Part shown: in pieces, positions 61,388 through 64,000 of the stretch
How positions within the stretch are numbered: the stretch's first letter is position 1
Layout of the letters: each line of letters starts with the position of its first letter
Assembly (NCBI GenBank): GCA_963822585.1
Contig: CAWGIE010000035.1
Coordinates: 192,001-256,000, forward strand
Source of the DNA: an uncultured bacterium
GTDB taxonomy: Bacteria; Auribacterota; Erginobacteria; Erginobacterales; Erginobacteraceae
Length of the DNA stretch: 64,000 nucleotides
Direction of reading: 5' to 3'
Notes under the pieces: generated by a model
Database searches by the model: none
What the model saw: only the letters and a program-made list of their open reading frames with translations
Told to the model about the DNA's origin: nothing
Made by a program: the position numbers and the translations under genes

Positions 61388-61631
61388 ACCTTATTCGAAA
61401 AGGTTTTCGTAGCTCGCAAATCCTAAATCCTAAATATCGAAATCCTAAATAATATCCAAAATCCAAATGACTAAAATATCTCAAACAATCGCCGGCTTCA
61501 GACCGCGATATTTTGGAGTATTTGTTTTGATCATTTGATATTATTTAGAATTGATTTAGGATTTCCGCCAGAGGCGGATTAGCATTTGCTAGGATATTCC
61601 TGTTCGAGATTACAGCTTTTCGAATAGGCTC
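61386..61631. repeat. Family D element bounded by imperfect terminal inverted repeats
   Basis: gaccttattcgaaaag ... cttttcgaataggctc. Confidence 0.7.
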
Positions 61632-61679
61632 ATGTTATGAAACATTTAATATCTCTTCCAGTCCCGCGGTCTTGAATAT

Positions 61680-62332
61680 ATGGAAATAGTACTGGCAACC
61701 CGTTCTCCCCGGAGGAAGGCCCTCCTTGCTTTCGCGGGGGTGCCGTTCATCCCTTTCTCCGCCACCGTCACCGAGGTCGTTTATCCGCGCTTGCCCGCAA
61801 AGACCGCCCGCCGCAACGCGGAAGCGAAAGCCGCCCGGGGCGCCCGCGCGCAACCCGGCGCAATCGTACTCGCCGCCGATACCGTCGTTTGCCTGGATAC
61901 AATCTTCGGCAAGCCGGAGACCCGCTCCGCTGCCCGGGAAATGCTGAGAACGCTTTCCGGCCGGACGCACGCGGTCCACACCGCGGTGGCGTTGATCTGT
62001 CCCGGGGCGCGCCGCCAAAAATCCGGGTCGCCGTTTCCCGGGTGACGATGCGAAACCTGGATGAGAAAACCATCTCCCGGTATCTCGGCCTGGTCAACCC
62101 GCTTGATAAAGCGGGAGGGTATGCCGTCCAGGAACACGGCGAGATTCTGATCGAGAAGATCGAGGGCTCACTGACCAATGTGATCGGCTTGCCGTTGGAA
62201 CTCCTGGCGGAACTCTTTGCCCGCTTCCCGGGAACCCGGCGCTACGCCGCCCGTTTAAAAGCGGCGGCGGAAACATGCCGCTTTAACGTGAGTGCCTATG
62301 CCCGCCCGCCGGGTCAACCATCTTTTTGGTGA
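61680..62332 (+). CDS. maf: Maf-family nucleoside triphosphate pyrophosphatase (frameshifted)
   Basis: IVLATRSPRRKALL, AADTVV, GKP, LSGRTH, DKAGGYAVQ and NVIGLP motifs. Confidence 0.9.
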
Positions 62333-62379
62333 TGTCAACCCCCCGGGTCAGCTTGTAGGACGTGAGGGACAAGAAGTAT

Positions 62380-63765
62380 ATGAAGTCAACTGAAAATAGC
62401 GCGATCGGCAGTAACACGCCCGGGTTCTTAAGAATTACGCGTGGTGTCGCCCTTGTCGGCTTGCCCGTCCTTGCCGCGGGCTTCCGCGGGGGGTACGCCC
62501 TCTTCCCGGATCTGACCTGGCTGGACTACGGCTTCAAGATATTCCTCGCCGGGACGGTGGGGATCTGGACCAATTGCATCGCCATCCGGATGCTTTTCCG
62601 CCCCCGGGTCCGCACCGCCTTCGGACGCCAGGGCCTGATTCCCGCCCGGCGGGAGGAACTGTCCGCCGCCGTCGCCGCCGCCGTGGCCCGGGAGCTCCTC
62701 GACCCGGAGACGATCCGCCGCGCCATCGAGAAGAATGACATGATCGGTAAGGGCGCCGTCCGGGCACTGGCCAGGGGGAGACTCTGGATGGCCCGGCCGG
62801 CCAACCGAGCCCGGCTGGTCGCCATGGTCGGGCGCTACTGCCAGGCCCACGGGGAGGATTACCTCGACAGTTACCTCGACCGGATCATGGAATCCCTCTA
62901 CCGTTTCTTCGATGAAAAGGTCTCCGGGGAGACAGTCTGGCCGATGCTGGAAAAGGCCCTGGCCCGGGAACTGAGAAAACCGGACAACCGGCAGGTCGCC
63001 ACCCGGATGATCGTCAGCCTGCTCGACGAAAACGCCCCGGCCCTCGCCGCCCTGACCGACCGGATGATCCAGGACTGGATCCGCCGGCATGCCGGCGGGT
63101 GGCGTCAGCTCCTTCTTTTGCTGGGAAAAGGCTTTTTCCGTCTCGACGAAGACTATATCCGGGACGAGCTGCGGGAAATAATCTCCCGGCCCGGGTTCTT
63201 CGAGCGGGTCCTCGATCTGGTGAATGAGAATATCCCCCGCCTCTCCCGGATCGGTCAGGATCCAGAGTTCCGGGAGAAAATCACCTCCCTGATTGAGGAA
63301 GAAAAGGGGCGGTTCAGGGTCTATCTTCGGGAGAAGGGTCTCGACCTGGCCCGGACCAGGATCCTCGACTTCCTGGAGTCGGCGGTCTTCTGGTCCTGGC
63401 TGGACCGGCAGCTGGAGGTAGTCGTGAAGACGATGGAGAGGTACGCCCGGAAAAAGATCACTTCCGGGGAGTTCCGGATCTTGAGCGACAACCTGTTGGA
63501 GCAGACGCTGAAGCGGCTGGACATTGACCGGGTGGTCTGCGAGAGGATCTCCTCTTTCGACCTTGAGCGGCTGGAGCGGTTGGTCCGGAAGGTCTCCGGC
63601 GAGAACCTCTGCGGGATCGAGCTTTTCGGGGGAATCCTGGGGATGGTGGCCGGCCTGGTCCTGATCAGCCCCCTCTGGGCCGCCGGCATCGCTGCCGCCC
63701 TCGCTCTCTTCCTTCTCGCCGAGCGATGCTTCCCGGTTCGAAATTTCTCCGGGAAGAACAAATAA
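62380..63765 (+). CDS. DUF445-family membrane protein
   Basis: GIWTNCIAIRMLFRP, QGLIPARR and ENLCGIELFGGILG motifs. Confidence 0.85.
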   Translation: MKSTENSAIGSNTPGFLRITRGVALVGLPVLAAGFRGGYALFPDLTWLDYGFKIFLAGTVGIWTNCIAIRMLFRPRVRTAFGRQGLIPARREELSAAVAAAVARELLDPETIRRAIEKNDMIGKGAVRALARGRLWMARPANRARLVAMVGRYCQAHGEDYLDSYLDRIMESLYRFFDEKVSGETVWPMLEKALARELRKPDNRQVATRMIVSLLDENAPALAALTDRMIQDWIRRHAGGWRQLLLLLGKGFFRLDEDYIRDELREIISRPGFFERVLDLVNENIPRLSRIGQDPEFREKITSLIEEEKGRFRVYLREKGLDLARTRILDFLESAVFWSWLDRQLEVVVKTMERYARKKITSGEFRILSDNLLEQTLKRLDIDRVVCERISSFDLERLERLVRKVSGENLCGIELFGGILGMVAGLVLISPLWAAGIAAALALFLLAERCFPVRNFSGKNK

Positions 63766-63853
63766 CCGGACAAGGGATGCCTGATCACGGGCACTGGCCA
63801 CTGATTACCGATTACTGATTACCGATCACCGATCACCGATTACTGATTACTGA

Positions 63854-64000
63854 TCACCGATTACCGGCTGCCGCTCCGCGCCCGATCAGCGTGATGGGCT
63901 GCCCCGTGGTGGAAAGGACTTCCCGCCAGAGTTCTCCTTCCGGATCGACCTGTTTGCGTTTCGAGATCGCCAGGGGAAGGGGGACATGGGTGAAGCAGCT
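63854..64000 (-). CDS. pfkA: C-terminal fragment of ATP-dependent 6-phosphofructokinase
   Basis: Translates to SCFTHVPLPLAISKRKQVDPEGELWREVLSTTGQP, typical of the group X PFK C-terminus. Confidence 0.75.
   Translation of the reverse strand, partial: SCFTHVPLPLAISKRKQVDPEGELWREVLSTTGQPITLIGRGAAAGNR

Noticed and set aside
5058..62332. Programmed frameshifting or mass pseudogenisation (xdh, fba, fadL, maf, hipA, DUF2877, GxxExxY, tnpA)
   Set aside because: Shifts are mostly small indels in short homopolymers and affect housekeeping genes such as fba. Sequencing error is more parsimonious; read polishing is needed to confirm.
5524..63801. Long antisense ORFs (e.g. 5524-6969, 13472-14878, 15772-17418, 57723-59876, 62428-63801)
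   Set aside because: Shadow frames of high-GC genes that have clear family motifs on the opposite strand.
1..64000. tRNA, rRNA or known riboswitch
   Set aside because: No cloverleaf, rRNA-like or purine/Moco riboswitch consensus was recognised by eye; an Rfam scan would be needed to exclude them.

Overview
64 kb of GC-rich DNA from a diderm bacterium, probably an anaerobe. Many genes carry single-base frameshifts, most likely long-read or metagenome assembly errors. Left to right: (1) an AT-rich trypsin-TPR gene and a hipBA cassette that lies between two copies of the 3' end of a molybdo-hydroxylase gene; (2) a nucleobase-catabolism locus with a xanthine-dehydrogenase-family ABC enzyme, a double-domain cyclase/amidohydrolase, DUF1116, an NCS1 permease, DUF2877 and FdrA (AllG/AllH/AllF-like), interrupted by a REP-flanked Y1 (RAYT-type) transposase and a repeat-flanked GxxExxY gene; (3) LOG, pyrF, cysteine desulfurase, birA, a complete Na+-translocating (methyl)malonyl-CoA-type decarboxylase, a BioP-like transporter and a phosphotransacylase-butyrate kinase fusion; (4) CDF, OMP and fba, then a FadL/DUF3108/HpnA-like/GT2/HpnN-like MMPL lipid cluster; (5) pcm, STAS, CDGSH, DD-carboxypeptidase, two small TA-like pairs, DUF2723, a beta-CASP nuclease, maf, DUF445 and the end of pfkA. 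Many intergenic spaces hold nested palindromic elements built from short tandem repeats (at least 8 families). Two candidate novel systems stand out. One is a possible anaerobic oxidative pyrimidine (or purine) ring-degradation pathway coupled to Na+ pumping and substrate-level phosphorylation. The other is a GxxExxY-associated family of inverted tandem-repeat mobile elements that nest inside each other and bracket genes such as pyrF. No rRNA, tRNA or CRISPR array was found.
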